From assembly GCA_024679065.1 (NCBI GenBank), contig JAGIQG010000014.1, forward strand, positions 7,502,001-7,566,000: DNA of 64,000 nt, in the 5' to 3' direction. Position 1 is the stretch's first letter, and each line of letters opens with the position of its first letter. Below, in pieces: positions 1 through 13,025 of the stretch. The DNA comes from Sphyrna mokarran (taxonomy: Eukaryota). The notes below the pieces were generated by a model, which saw only the letters and a list, made by a program, of their open reading frames with translations, was not told the DNA's origin and ran no database searches. The position numbers and the translations under genes were made by a program.

Positions 1-2600
1 CAACCTCTGTTTGTTTACTCTCAGTGCTAGCTCTTAATGGAGCTTTACTTGGAGCAGGTTGAAACATGACCTACATCTTCTTTATACTGATGGTAAGACC
101 GAACTTATCGCATGGAGCAGAAGAATTATGCATGACTCACTGAAAGCATTTAGTGCACAGACGCCAGCATTTTAAAATTCATATAATCTATCATTGAGGA
201 ACTTCGTCTTGACTCGGTGGCATCGCAAGTTGAAAATCCGGCTGTCTATTCCATAGCTGATTTCTATGCCTAATCCTTAGACTCGATGGCATCAGTGCGC
301 ACGGCTAACAACATAAGGACTAGTCCCAGTACGCAGCAGTGTTACACTCCATTGATGACAGTGAACAGGGCCGAAATCACATTGTCAAGAAGGAGGCAGG
401 CGTGCATGCCATTGTGCAACCATCGAATCATCAGATTCAATTAGTCTGAAAACTCAAATTTCTTCATAATTTTCCAGAGCCCTTCGCTGCTGACAATTTC
501 GAAGACTTGACTAAATCGATGAATTTGGCGCATTGTTCAGCATTTTGTTTTGGGCATTTCTTCTGCATTTGGCAAAGAACACACACCATGTCGACGGCTT
601 CAATTCTGTTTCTTTTTCCCTTGACCCACACTGGCTCTCCGGAAAGAACCTTGCTCAGGTCAGTCGGTTTAGAAGAATTCTGGCCAAGTCTTTTCCGGAA
701 ACAGTCAGCACATATAATCAGTTGTGTTTTCACAGGATTGGAAATTGACTTTATTTTTGCAGACCTCAGCAAAGAAGCAGTCATTGAAGTACTGTGAAAT
801 GGCCCTTTCCTACCATGTAACTTCAACGGTGGGTGTACTTTCTGAGCCTCTATGATGCACCACATCTATAGATTTCTGCTGGAATTTGATCTGCTCCAGG
901 AACTTTGTCATTTGACAATTACTCAAAAGCTTTCTCTCTTTCAAACAGTGTCGATGGAGTGCCGAGACAAACGGTGGAATTGACCTGGAGATGTTTACTT
1001 ATACTTCATTAATATGAGACAGTCAATTGAGGACATTATTGAAAGACGCAACCATCTCTAACATCAGAAATTACAATATGAGTATTGTCGTCTCTGAAAT
1101 ACTGAATAGCGGAGAACAATTATCTGGGTGAGCCGGAAGGATCATCTTGACAGATTTGTAGTGGTGCCTCATGTAATTTTTGTCAACTCAAGTTTGCGTT
1201 TCATCTGCCTTTTGTTTCAGCCACTTGCCCTGCATCTCACGTAGTCTGCCTCGAACTGTGCTGCAAATGGTGTCATAAACAATTCTTTTGCCTCCGATTT
1301 TTTCATTTAGGTATTCTCTGTATAATTTGTATTTTTCTTCGAAATGATACCGGATTTCAGGGCCATTTTCATCAAAACAGTCCTGGTGCTTTCTCTTTGT
1401 GCGACCCAATAACCGTTAAGCTGTGTCAGACACACAATCCCGCCAAAAAACGCTAAAGTCCCTCGATCTTGTCTTTGGGTTTCTGAAGGTCACTTGGTCG
1501 CCTTACATCATGTGTGACTTGCAGTTGGGTGTGGTCGATCCTCAAGTTTGAGATTTTCAGTCGTTCGGCGATCGTATTCCCTTGAGGCCCTCACTCTAGC
1601 TGAAACTTCAGACATTGGAGATAACATACTTGTGCTCAATCCAACAATCGGTGTCACACATTGTCTGAATAATTCTCACATCCTGTCTGACATCTTTCCT
1701 GACAATTCTGTAGTTCATGAGATTCCAATGGCCAGTTTTCGCGTCAACACTTTCGGGACTTCTGAATTTGACATGGGAGCCAGAAATCTGGGCCAGGGAG
1801 AAGAAGCTCATGCTTAGCGTTGAATTGCAAGCGTAGCAGACTATTGCTGTTGCTTTTGCTAAATGCTTTTCAGGATCACACCTCTCCAAGTTTGGTTATC
1901 TGTGCTGACTGTGACATTAAAGTTACCTATTTTTGTTCAGCTTGTCGATGTCGCTATAGTCAGGGAGTGGAGCCTTCACAGAATCCACGTTTAATGAATT
2001 CAGGATTTGACCCTCTGGAGGTGAAAGCACGATGTTGTTTGTTTTTATTTTTGCTTCCTGCCAGCCATTGGGATATTGCAAGATATGAGACAGTCATTTA
2101 AACTTTCTGGTAAGCTGGTCAACGTAACCAACAGTTTATGATTTTTTATGCAAACCCGCACCGGCCTCGGGTCTGTCCTCTTTGGTTGAACAATTCCAGG
2201 ACAAAGTGCAACCAACCCCTCTTTCCTCGAATTGAAATTCCTCTGTCAGGCACATTTTGCTTAGTTCGGTAATGTCAACTTTGAGTTGGGATGGCCTCAG
2301 ACCAGGAAGCCTGTTTTTCTGTTCTGGTCTGTCAGCTTAGCTTTTGTCCACGAGAATATGTAAATTCCTTGCAGTAAAAGTGAGATTTTTCATATTTGTT
2401 CTCCTCTTTTTGATATTGCTGCCGTTAAACTGGCAGGGACGCCAAAGATGATTTTTTTGTAATTCAGGCAATGTTTTGGGGCACCTTTACTAACTCTTCA
2501 GCAGTGCTGTCTTGAAAAGGGCTGCTCAGTCCCTCAACGCTTTCAACGCTGCTTCACTTCAGTGAAAGATTACCCCGTGGCCTGTGCCCCGATATGCAGA
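1..2600 (-). mobile_element. Degenerate RTE (BovB-like) LINE, endonuclease and 5' part of RT
   Basis: Frameshifted RT remnants (F-ID-L.K.F; LW.I..KF..P); paralogous to 20466-22990. Confidence 0.8.
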
Positions 2601-2989
2601 TTCAGAGCTACTGTTAGCAGTGTATCACTGGAACTGCTTTGTCGCTTCCTCCCCGGGACTTGAGATTTGGATGATAGAGGTATGGAGACGATTTGCGCGA
2701 GAATTTGATTTAAGTGCGGGACAGTTGGCTCAATCGCTACTCTTGTATCCAGCACTGAATCCAGATGGCTGGAAGTAAGCAGGGCTCACTAGGTGACCTT
2801 CCTGTGTCTCGTTTTGCTCATCATGCTCTATAACACTTTGCTGATTCTGCCTTTCATTCTGCTGAATCTGTTAGCCGTTTCTTCCACGCAGTCAGTAAGA
2901 TTTCTCACGCTCAGGTAGGCTAGCCATGTCACACCGACGACCTCGGCACATCAACGACATTCACCTATTTTATCTCACTCGAAGAAGTA

Positions 2990-3190
2990 ATTCATCGTGC
3001 TTTGGAAGCAGCCGCGTTGGATTCCAGCCTACGCCACGCTATATGCGGTTTCTGCACGTTTCCCCGTCTCTTCGTATGTTCCTTCGGCTTTTCCAACTTC
3101 TTCGCACTGTTAGAAGGACGTAGCGGTTGCTGCTTTGGCAATGCTAACTTCTCCTTCGGATTACCTGCACAGACATTGGAGCATGATAAC
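2990..3190 (+). mobile_element. Degenerate HE1-type tRNA-derived SINE
   Basis: Core tgcacgtttccccgtctc...; paralogous copy at ~24045-24250. Confidence 0.55.
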
Positions 3191-5339
3191 TTGGGAATTT
3201 TCATAGTCACTCCACTGCAATGCAAATGAAATTTGACATGAGACACTAACAAATAAGCATAGCTTAAATTTAATTTCAGCTGCAACTTGGAGCCTAAGTT
3301 GAGAGATGAGTGCCACATAGTGTCCAGCGCACTGAACTGCTCCAAGAAGACTGCAATGTGTTTCCTGACACAGGTATGGACCTTTCTTCTGTTACACCTT
3401 ACATCACAAAATGCAATTAGCAGGCCATTGTCTGAATTGTTTCTAAAGTATTCGCACCTTCCCTTGAAAAGGAAGGCAATTTCCTTACACTTTGTGATTA
3501 GCACACTTGAGAAGTTTACAGACTGCTCTTTCTTGTATACACGCTGCTGGAACAAGGTTGAAAAAATCTCCTTTTCCTACTCGCGAAATCCATCATCATG
3601 TCGCTGTAGATTCCCATTTCTTTAGAGCAGAAGAACAAGGAGCAGGGGTAACCAATTCAACCCTTCGAACATGCTCTGCAATTCAATACAATAATGACTA
3701 ATTTTATTTCAGTCTTAATTCCAGTTTCCTGACAGATCTCCGTAAACCTTCAACATTTTATCAATTAAAAAAAAAACAATGTCTCTTGTTTAAATTTGCT
3801 GGATGTTCCGCCATCCAGCGCATTGTTGTGCAGTGAATTCTACAGATTCGTGATCCTTTGAGAAAATAATTACACCTCACCTTTGCTTTAAGTTTGCTAC
3901 CCTTTATCCTAAGATTAAGATCTCTCGTTCTAGACTGTCTCTTCATTGGAAGTACACTTTCCACGTCTACGTTGTAAATTTCTAATCTTCGTGATCGCGT
4001 AGAATGGGAATGAGTTACAGAGATATGACGCATAGCAAGTTTTGGTATCACAATATCATTATCTTGTGTTGCGTGTGAACTGACGTTCAGGATTAAAACA
4101 TCCCGGGCATATCCCTGCTCATGACCCGTGAAAGAAATACAATGGTTACATTGGCTCATTTCAGAGGACTGAGAAAATTACCAAAATACCTCGATGACAA
4201 TCGACTCAGCCGCAAAATCCAAAGACATATATTGATTAAATTTCCCGTCATTGAGTACTGTTACAGAAAATTTGACTCTAAGCTATATATTTATTTCACA
4301 GCTCAGAACATTAAGCTGTACGTTATCTCTGGGAAACCTAGCAAAAATGCTATGATCATGGAACAGTGAAGAGAATTTCGAAGAGATAAACATTGGCATA
4401 TCAAACCGGCTTGAAATGAACATTTCCCGTCGCAGTAGAGCGAAATGGGAGTTATCGCATTGTCCAGTTTATAGGCATTTGAATATGGGTTGGACTTCTT
4501 TGTCAGGCGGAAAGAATAAACGAAGCTGACCAGAGCTCAGCATCACGACTCAATACATCTCCTTAATCCAAGCATTTTAAATAGAATGAAGCATTCCGAT
4601 TGTATGCGAGCGTGAAAATGCAAGTACGAGTGCATCAATCCGCTTCGTGAGCATTGATATGATTTTTTTGCCCATTCATTTCTTGCTTTGGAATTTACAC
4701 AAACGGTTACAAGACATATATTACAGACATACCTCACGGTTATTATTTCGGGCTCCGTAACTACGTATGCTAAGGTTTCTTTGAATATTACGAACAACTC
4801 ATAGTTACACATCACCCTCGTTCATTCTTCGCCGACTTCCATCGAGTTGTGTATAACATAATTATATGATTCTTAAAATTCACTTCATTTAATACCAATT
4901 TGTGTTCTCTATTCCAACATCGATTATATGTCTCAGTATATTAGAATTCCACTGCTAAACAGATCAACTTGTTTGTGGAAAAATAGTTTTATTTTTGAAT
5001 AATATAACTGTAATTCGCCCGATTGTTGTGTTATAAATATCACTTTTCACCTTTATCGTTTCTGTCAATTAAAATTGTGTTTTACAAATCACTTATTCTC
5101 AAATTTATCAAACAATTCTATTTCTCTTTCTGAAGTTGATGTGTGAGCATCAAATTCTATACCTTGAAACAAATTGCATTTTAATCCTGAAACTGACCCC
5201 AATGCGTGGTCTGCTGTAGACTCTGTTGATTTAATATGACTATTCTTCACTGTTTAATCGGAAAATGTGAACGTTGAAAAAAATGACGAAAAACAATAGT
5301 CATCATCCTGACAAGTTTTAGGGTAGTTCGTTTTTGCAG

Positions 5340-5680
5340 TTGCCTGAGTAGTATTATAATCCAGTAGTAACAATTCAGGCATCTAACGTATATTCTGGAG
5401 TTCTGTGTGCGGATGGCACCAGATTGTAGAATTACAAACCAATATTTTTTTTTTCAAAAATCCAGTGATCATCATGAATGGATTGTCATAACTACCTGTC
5501 TGCTTCACTGAAGCCAAAAGGGAAAGAAACATGCCACCCTCACCCACTATCGTCTGCATGACAGTCCAGACATACTGCAATCTATTTGACAATTAACTGT
5601 TCTCTGAAGAACAATTTGGGATTAATAGCAAATTATGATTTCTACCAGCAGCGTCCCCAAGCCATAACTGAACAAAAAAA
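5340..5680 (+). mobile_element. Degenerate SacSINE1/DeuSINE-type SINE
   Basis: ggattgtcataactacctgtctgcttcactga...tccagacatactgcaat...aactgttctctgaa core and an A-rich tail. Confidence 0.5.
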
Positions 5681-6869
5681 GGATGCTCACCTTCAAATCA
5701 GCCCCAAACTCTCCTCAATTACATCATGTCCGCCTTTCCAATGACGTCATGCACCGTCCACCATCAACCCAGAGAAGAGAAAACTAGAGTTCACAAAAGT
5801 ATGCAAATTTATTGCTGTTGAACTACTTTAGTGTGTTTTTTTTCTAAAAAAAGCATGACTGTAATTGTTGAATGGAAGTCGACACTTACCTCTCCTGCGG
5901 ATGCCAGGATGAATGTTCTTTATTCTGGGCTGTGTCTTGAAGTAGCCTCTGTGAAACTTACTGATGAGTAACCAGAGGGAAAAAGTCAGTCAATTACATC
6001 TCTGAAACACCGGGCAATATGTTACCGAATAAGCCAGTCCTTCAGAAGTCATGGGTTCTTTAGATCTGCAATTGAACTTTAAAACAGCAGTGTTAGTGAT
6101 TATGGGGCTGTGAGAGTTTATTTTCTGGAGTGTGGGACGAATGCAGATGGGGTTATAGGGGGAGGGGCAGAGTGATTGGAGCCTGCAGGAGGTTGCAGCT
6201 GTAGGTTCAGAGGGATTGGGGAGTGTGCGATGAGGGGTGCTGGAGAAGACCCCATCCCCAAGGATGTATGTCTGGTCGTTGGTGACTAGCAGGATGCAGG
6301 ACCCCGCTCCCTCGGCTTTCTTCGAGGCTTTGTAAGTACGCCGTGTGTAGGCCCAGACTTATCGGGCGTTTCCCTGGTCTCTGGAAACCGCTCTGGAGGA
6401 AAACCCGGTTCTGGGGCTGCGGCGCCTGCTGCTTCTCACACGTGGACAGCTGTTCCGCTTCAGTTCCATATCGGGTGTCTCCAGGGTGTCTTTCAAATCA
6501 GAAAGATATGGCACTCAAGCAATATTGGAGAGTTGAAAACACCGAGAATGAAGTTTTAGAAACAAGTGAGAAGAGTAAAAAAAAAGAACACATGCTGGAC
6601 ACAGCTTGCAAGAAGCCGCCTCGCTCCAGCGCCATCTTGGAAGATAGATATGAATATGGAATACTGTATTTTAAAATAGGTTGCATACTAATACTGATAC
6701 TGACCGTTGATGCAGTATCCGTCGTGGTCATTGATGATTTAAAGTGTCAATTATTTGCTACTTAGTTTGAAAAGTTGAAGGAAGAAGGATATCCAAACAG
6801 AAAAAGAAAATCAATAAACATGCTATTGCCAAGATTCAATGTACTCCAGTTTGCCGTTGACTTGTGGCA

Positions 6870-7180
6870 TTTTAATCCCGAGATAGCATTCCAGATCGTA
6901 TAGTGTGATTTCTGGTTTAGAATACCTTCATATTGTGGGATTTGGAAACAATATTATTTCAAAATCTCTGTGATGACCATGAGTGGATTGTCGTACATAG
7001 CTTTCTCGTTCATGTATGCCTGTTAGATAGTAAAAAAAAACATGTTACCCCGACCTGTTGGAGTCTCTATTCCAAGCCAGGACAACCTAATGGAATGCAA
7101 AATGCGCTCTCAGGAATGATATGAGATGAACACGAAATTATATCGAGGCCCACAGTTTCCCATCCCAGTAATGGATACAA
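6870..7180 (+). mobile_element. Degenerate SacSINE1/DeuSINE-type SINE (paralogue at ~26530-26840)
   Basis: gtgatgaccatgagtggattgtcgta core; cccatcccagtaatggata 3' end. Confidence 0.45.
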
Positions 7181-7859
7181 AGTGTTGTCCATAGTCTGTT
7201 TAATGAATCTTCGTATGTATATAACACGAGAATATAACAGTTGGGGTTGATGCATGTACTCACTCTTCCTGATATTTTCTTTTTGTAGCGATGTTGCACA
7301 TATGACTGAGCATATTTTTGAGCTAATGTTTAGGACATCACCATGCAAATTACATGTTGGTTGCTTCGTAGTTATATACGCACAGCGTCTTTGAAGGTCA
7401 ACCGGTGTGCAACATTGAACTAGATGCATTGATTAATTTTCTGGCAAGGTCTTTCAAATGGAGGGGTCCCAGTTGTTTGACTGGTATCTGCTCTGCATTT
7501 CCCCTTTCATTGCTGCAGCTGCCAAACTATATCAGAAATTACTGCCGCTCAGTAACGTAAAGATACAGCAATCTCCTGGAGGAAGCTACTAATCAACTGG
7601 TTAAACTGCACATTTTGACATTCTCCAGATTCTCAATCGACATCAGATCCATGCATGTTAACGAATTCTGAACAGGTGATTTCAGCTAAGACAAGGTAGA
7701 ACAGAATACTTAAACGCGCAGTACATGGATGAATTTGCGATTTGGAGACAAATAACAAGGATGGAATGATCAGTGTCATTTTAAACTCTTTCATTTGGCA
7801 CTAAACTAGGGGGTCGCATGAAGCATCAGGTGGCAGCTGCCATGTACATTTAACATTTA

Positions 7860-8460
7860 TGGTGCGGAACCTGTGATGTAAGTCACAATTTGTAATGCAA
7901 AAATATACCTGTGTTGTTAGTCACGTCCTGTCGTGTAAGGTACTATCCGCGGTGCAAGGCAGCATTTTTCGTTGTGAGGCTATGCTAGTTATGTAAACAT
8001 ATGGTATAATGCAAACCTGCAATGAAAGCCTCTTTCTGCAGTGAAGGGAATTCCTGTGAAGAAGGGAATACATTGCGGTATGGCAATATCTAAGGTGAAA
8101 GCATTCCCCGCGGTCTAAGACAGTAACTTGTTTTTGTAATACAGCAGCTACGGTGTAAAGCAGTCCTTTCCGTTTCTAATGGTACCTGTGTTATAATCCC
8201 GATCAGAAATTTCAAGGTGTTGTATTGAAGACAGTATCCACGTTGGAAGGCAGCAGATGTAGTGTAAGGCAATACCTGCACTACGTGGACTCGTGAATGG
8301 TGCAACGCAGTACCTTTGGAGCAATCAGTACCTGCGGTGTAAAGATGTATCGTAGAACTTACGATGAAAGGAAATAGCTTTGGTGTAAGAGAACACTTAT
8401 AGTGTAACAGCAACTGCAGTGCACGCCAGTACTTGCGGTTTCCGGTGGTACAATGTGTTG
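7860..8460 (+). repeat. Degenerate 19-bp tandem satellite (consensus ~GTGGTGTAAGGCAGTACCT), block 1
   Basis: Recurrent gtgtaaggcagtacct variants with a period of about 19 nt. Confidence 0.75.
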
Positions 8461-9289
8461 TGATCCAGGTCAGAAATTTGAATGCATTTAATGAAGTCTG
8501 CCTGAACCATGTGTTTTGCACATTGAATTTAGCGCTCGTAAGCGTGAGATGTTTCACTCCAAGTATGACTTAAATGACCTACTGGTGAGCTTGTGTCTCA
8601 CAAACTTAATTTTAGAAAGAAGATTAGCAAATTAATTTTTAGCAATTACCAACAAGAAAACAAACAACCAAGGTATTGTATAAACCTTAACAGCTCAATG
8701 TACTGTACAAATACAACATGCTTACGGACATACGTCCCTACTTTCGATTTTGCAAAAAAAATATGAATGCCCAAGGAGTTTTCAGCTCTGCAAGACCTGT
8801 CGTTGTTAGTTATTTGGATGGAGAAAAGAAACACCCGCTTCTCCATTCTGGAACTCACAGCCCCTCGAAGTGGAGATAGTGCCATTGCTTTTCTCCAGCT
8901 GGCAAACCAACAACAGCAAAACGTTCACTCCAGAAAAGTAAGAAACAGTATTTCAAACTAACTAGCAGAATTGTTTGAGAGAGGAGAGGGAAAATCCAGC
9001 CTCGAGTCCAGGCAACTTCGGAATAACCAGCAAACAAAAGTAAATGTGAAAGAATCTTGCGACTTGTCCAACGTGTTTGCGCAGCAATTCCAAAATTGCC
9101 AAAAAAAAAAACTCCAAGAGAATGCAGTCGGTCCAGATTAAAAATAAACAAAACGCAATTTAACTATTTGAGGAGCGTTCAACTGACAGTTAGTCAGGCT
9201 GCTCGATGCTTGTTTATTATGTTAGAAATAACACGGTTAAATTTACGTTTCTTAAAGCACATCTTGGAAGTGTAAGCCACTACTTGAGG

Positions 9290-10450
9290 TCATTAGCAGT
9301 AGCTGGCGCAAAGTGGTGCCTGTGGTGTAATACAGAATTTTTGGTTTAAGTTACCACGTGCGCCTAAGACAGTAGCCGCGATGCAAGGGATCATCTGTAG
9401 CCTTAGGCAGTACTTGTGGGGCTATGCAGTGCTTGCAGTACAGGGCAGTGCATGTGCAGTAAGACAGCGCCTACGGTATCAGGAAGTAGGTCCAATATTA
9501 TGCAGCATCTGTGGTGTAAGGCAGTCCCTGTGGTTAAGATATCAACTGTGGTGGAAGACAGCGCCTGTATGCAAAAATGGAACTGAGGTGTTAGGCATTA
9601 TCTGTGGTGCAAGGCAATTGCGTGTAGTGAAGGTAGTTCCTGCACTGAAGAAAGTACCTGCGTGTATGACATGACTTGTGGTAAAAGGCGACAGCTGTAG
9701 AATAAGTCAGTAACTCAATGTAAGTTCTTGGATGCTGTGCCACTCAGTACCATTGATGTAAGACACTAACTTTGTGTAATGGAGCGTCTGATGTGAAGGC
9801 AGTTTCTGTAGCCGAAGGCAATACCTGTTGTGCAAAGCAGTACCTCCGGTCTGAGGGATTCCCCACCTGCAGTGAAGGCAGTAGTTCTGGTGAAGGCAGT
9901 ACCTACAGTGTCAAACATGCACGTAATTACCTATGGTGTAAGGCATAACTTGTGACGTACGTTAGCAATGTTGGTCTATAACAGACTCTGCTGCCTTAAA
10001 ACAGGACCTGCACTGTAAATAAGTGGATTTGCTATATGGTAATACCCTGGTGCGATGCCTTTCATGTGGTGTAAGACATTGCCGGAGCTGAAGTTGTATC
10101 CCCGCAGTGTAAGGCAGTACCCTTGTTAGAAAGTGGTAGTGCAGTTCTTGCAGTAAAGACAATGCACGCATTGAAAGGCAGTACATGCGATATAACGCAG
10201 TACGTGTGCTTTGAGGATGTTCCTGTGGTGGAAGGCATGCTATTGCTGCAACGCAGTGCCGGCAATGTAAGGAAGTACTTGCGGTGTAAGGCAGTGTTTA
10301 CAGTACAAGCTGGTACCCGTGGCGTTATAAAGTAGCTTTAGTTTAAGTTTTGTGGTGTAATGCAACATCTGCGGTTCCACGTAATACTTGCAGTTTGCAT
10401 AGACACTGCGGTTTTAAGGCAGTGTGAGTTAGTGTCTTTTGTAGTACCTT
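9290..10450 (+). repeat. Degenerate 19-bp tandem satellite, block 2
   Basis: For example aggcagtttctgtagccga|aggcaatacctgttgtgca|aagcagtacctccggtctg at ~9797-9853. Confidence 0.85.
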
Positions 10451-10649
10451 ATAAGCTACAATATTAACAAAGGCATCCAAATAATGCCACAAATATCTTG
10501 AAAACACACAATGCAGAATCAGTGTAATTTAGATTTTATTAAGAAAAATGTTATTACTAGGCTTATTTTTGTTTCCAAAGTTTAACCTTCAAAGTAAAAA
10601 TATGAATAGAATCTGAGATGATAAACTAACCAATGCAACAATAAAAAGA

Positions 10650-10830
10650 ACTGTAAGCAGAAGTGCTGGGGACACAAGTCAGTTAGCACCTGTGAAGCAA
10701 ACAAGATGATCAATGTTTTAAACTTGTACATGTCTTTTAGTTCTGAAGCAGGATACAAGTCCAAGGTATCAATGGTTTACTCAGCAGATGCTGACTGGCC
10801 TGCTGTGTATTTCCATTACTTCCTGCTGCA
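10650..10830. mobile_element. Old palindromic Penelope-type pseudo-LTR remnant
   Basis: Imperfect inverted arms cagaagtgctggggacacaagtcagttagcacctg (10658-) and cagatgctgactggcctgctgtgtatttccattacttcctg (-10827). Confidence 0.45.
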
Positions 10831-12579
10831 TAACTAATGTTTCACTGAGTCTCATTAAAAAACCGACCTTAGATTCCAATAAAATATAGCATTTATCACT
10901 GAATGTTAATGAGACCAAAATTAGTCTCTTCGTGCTCTAAATGTTAACTTACAATGCTCCAAGCTCTTTGACATTAGTGCCGACTTGGTGGGTGTATTAC
11001 ATGGAATTGAAGAGGAGAGTGTGCTGGCTAAGTTTGTAGAACAAAAATGGCACTTTTTCTTTAAATCCTTTAAAATATGTAATTATAGTCTTAGAACAGC
11101 ATTGTGTAATCATTTGTTCATAATAGTCATTTAGGAAAATGTAAAAAAAGTAGTGGTTCACTGCTATTGTAGGTTTTTTGGTTTGATTGATGGTTAAGAG
11201 AGCGAATACTAAGTAACAATGAGTGCTTCTCCATGAAAGAGAACATATTACAGGCCACTCATGTACACATCTAAACATGTTTCAGGGCAAACTTGCCAGA
11301 GTCCTTGAAACAGATCACTTTCACTGCCATTCCTCCACTTCTTAATCAGAGCCTGACTGTCAAAAACTGCAAAGCAAGATTGAAAGTTAGGACGTGAAAA
11401 AGCATCTATGTGAATTTAAAGCTGCATCTGTTTAAGTTGGTGCACAGTTCCACAAAGACTAGTAATTCTTTGATACTTTCCTGCTTTTTTTCTCGTCAAA
11501 GCCTAGATGCTGAATACTGGCAAGACTAATTAACTGACCTGGCTGCCAATCTGATAGTGGTCTCTGATGATATTTACATAAACATACTTATCAGCATGTG
11601 ATAAAAACAGCATTCAGGAGGAGGAGGTATAGCATGCATTACTTTGTTTGCCCCCTCCATCCATACTTTAATCATCTATGTTAGGCCAGAGATCAAGTCT
11701 GAAACTTCTCTGGTCCAACAGACTGAGAACTAATTTGTGAAAACTATCCTGCTGGACTAGCTTCAAGGTGGTGATTATTACACTTAATGAAAGAGATTAT
11801 TCACTTGGAAGTGATTATAACTGAGCTTTACACTGTGTTGGCATCTTGCTAGAGCCTTGGACTCTTGGCATCCAGGTTAAGTAGTGAAGACAAAAACTCT
11901 GGTCTCATTCAAAATGGATTTTAATGCTGGCATATTTGGAAGATAATATTGGAGATCTGAATTCAAGTCTCTTACCTCCATTTATTTTTATGATGGAGTA
12001 TTGAACTGTATAAATAGCTGTGAAAAGTAAATTAAATCTATTGATTCTCTTTGGCATGGGGTCTGGTTTAATGTCTGTTTCGTTTTGAGTGTGTAAGAAA
12101 CAGTTGTAATGCTTAAGTGATTCGAGTCTATGCTTGTAGATAAAGTGGATAGTGCACTATTCCCTTTAATGTATTTCCATGAATAATGAATAATTTTATG
12201 CCCTTTTGAACACGACTATCATTCCTTTTCATTTACAGTGAAAAGAAATTTAAATTAGCCCCTGTAAAACTACATACTGTAAATGCATAGCAGGAATATT
12301 TTATCACTTAACAAGAGTGCAGTACAAACTTCAAGTCAATTTGTGATGTAGAACAATGTATTGGTAATGACCTCTCCTTAGTATACTAAAATTGACTTGT
12401 ATTTTTCAGTCTCAAAATGATTGGTTATTGTAGCTGTTGATAGTTTGTCTTTGCTTGTGCTCCCCTGCTGACTTCTGCAAAACAAACGTTCAGAAACAGG
12501 ATGTAGTTACTAATCAAAGGGAGTATGGACTGGCTCTATCTGCATTTTAGTGTTGACATGGATTGGTTTAGGTGAGCAT

Positions 12580-13024
12580 CTGGTACGGAGGGCAGGTCTT
12601 ATGAAGAGAGGCTGAGCGATTTGAGGTTGTTTTCGTTAGAAAGGAGGCGGCTAAGAGGGGACCTAATCGAAACATATAAGATGATTAGAGGTTTAGATAG
12701 GGTGGACAGCGATAGCCTTTTTCCTAGGATGGAGAAAGCTAGCACGCACGAGGGGACACAGCTTTAAATTAAGGGGTGATATTTATCGGACGGATATCAG
12801 AGGTAGGTTCTTTACCCAAAGGGTGGTTCGGGAGTGGAATGCCCTGCCTGCAGCAGTTGTAGATGCGCCAAGTTTGGTAGCGTTTTAAGAGGTTAGTTGA
12901 TAAGTATATGGAAGAGAAGGGAATGGTTTAGTTCGGAAGGGCATTGCTTTTTATATTGGTCGGCGCAACATCGAAGGCCGAAGGGCCTGTTCTGTGCTGT
13001 AATGTTCTATGTTCTATGTTCTAT
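12580..13024 (+). mobile_element. 5'-truncated CR1 LINE 3' end with (TTCTATG)n tail
   Basis: Encodes [36 protein letters not shown]...FFTQRVV.EWNALP; tail aagggcctgttctgtgctgtaatgttctatgttctatgttcta. Confidence 0.92.
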
Positions 13025-13025
13025 T

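Noticed and set aside
2460-2620. HDV-like ribozyme in the RTE 5' UTR
   Set aside because: Known for some RTE elements, but I could not establish the nested double pseudoknot by eye in these decayed copies.
3440-3900. SRCR- or Sushi-like cysteine patterns in minus-strand translations
   Set aside because: The cysteine spacing does not fit, and the frames differ between the two duplicated units.
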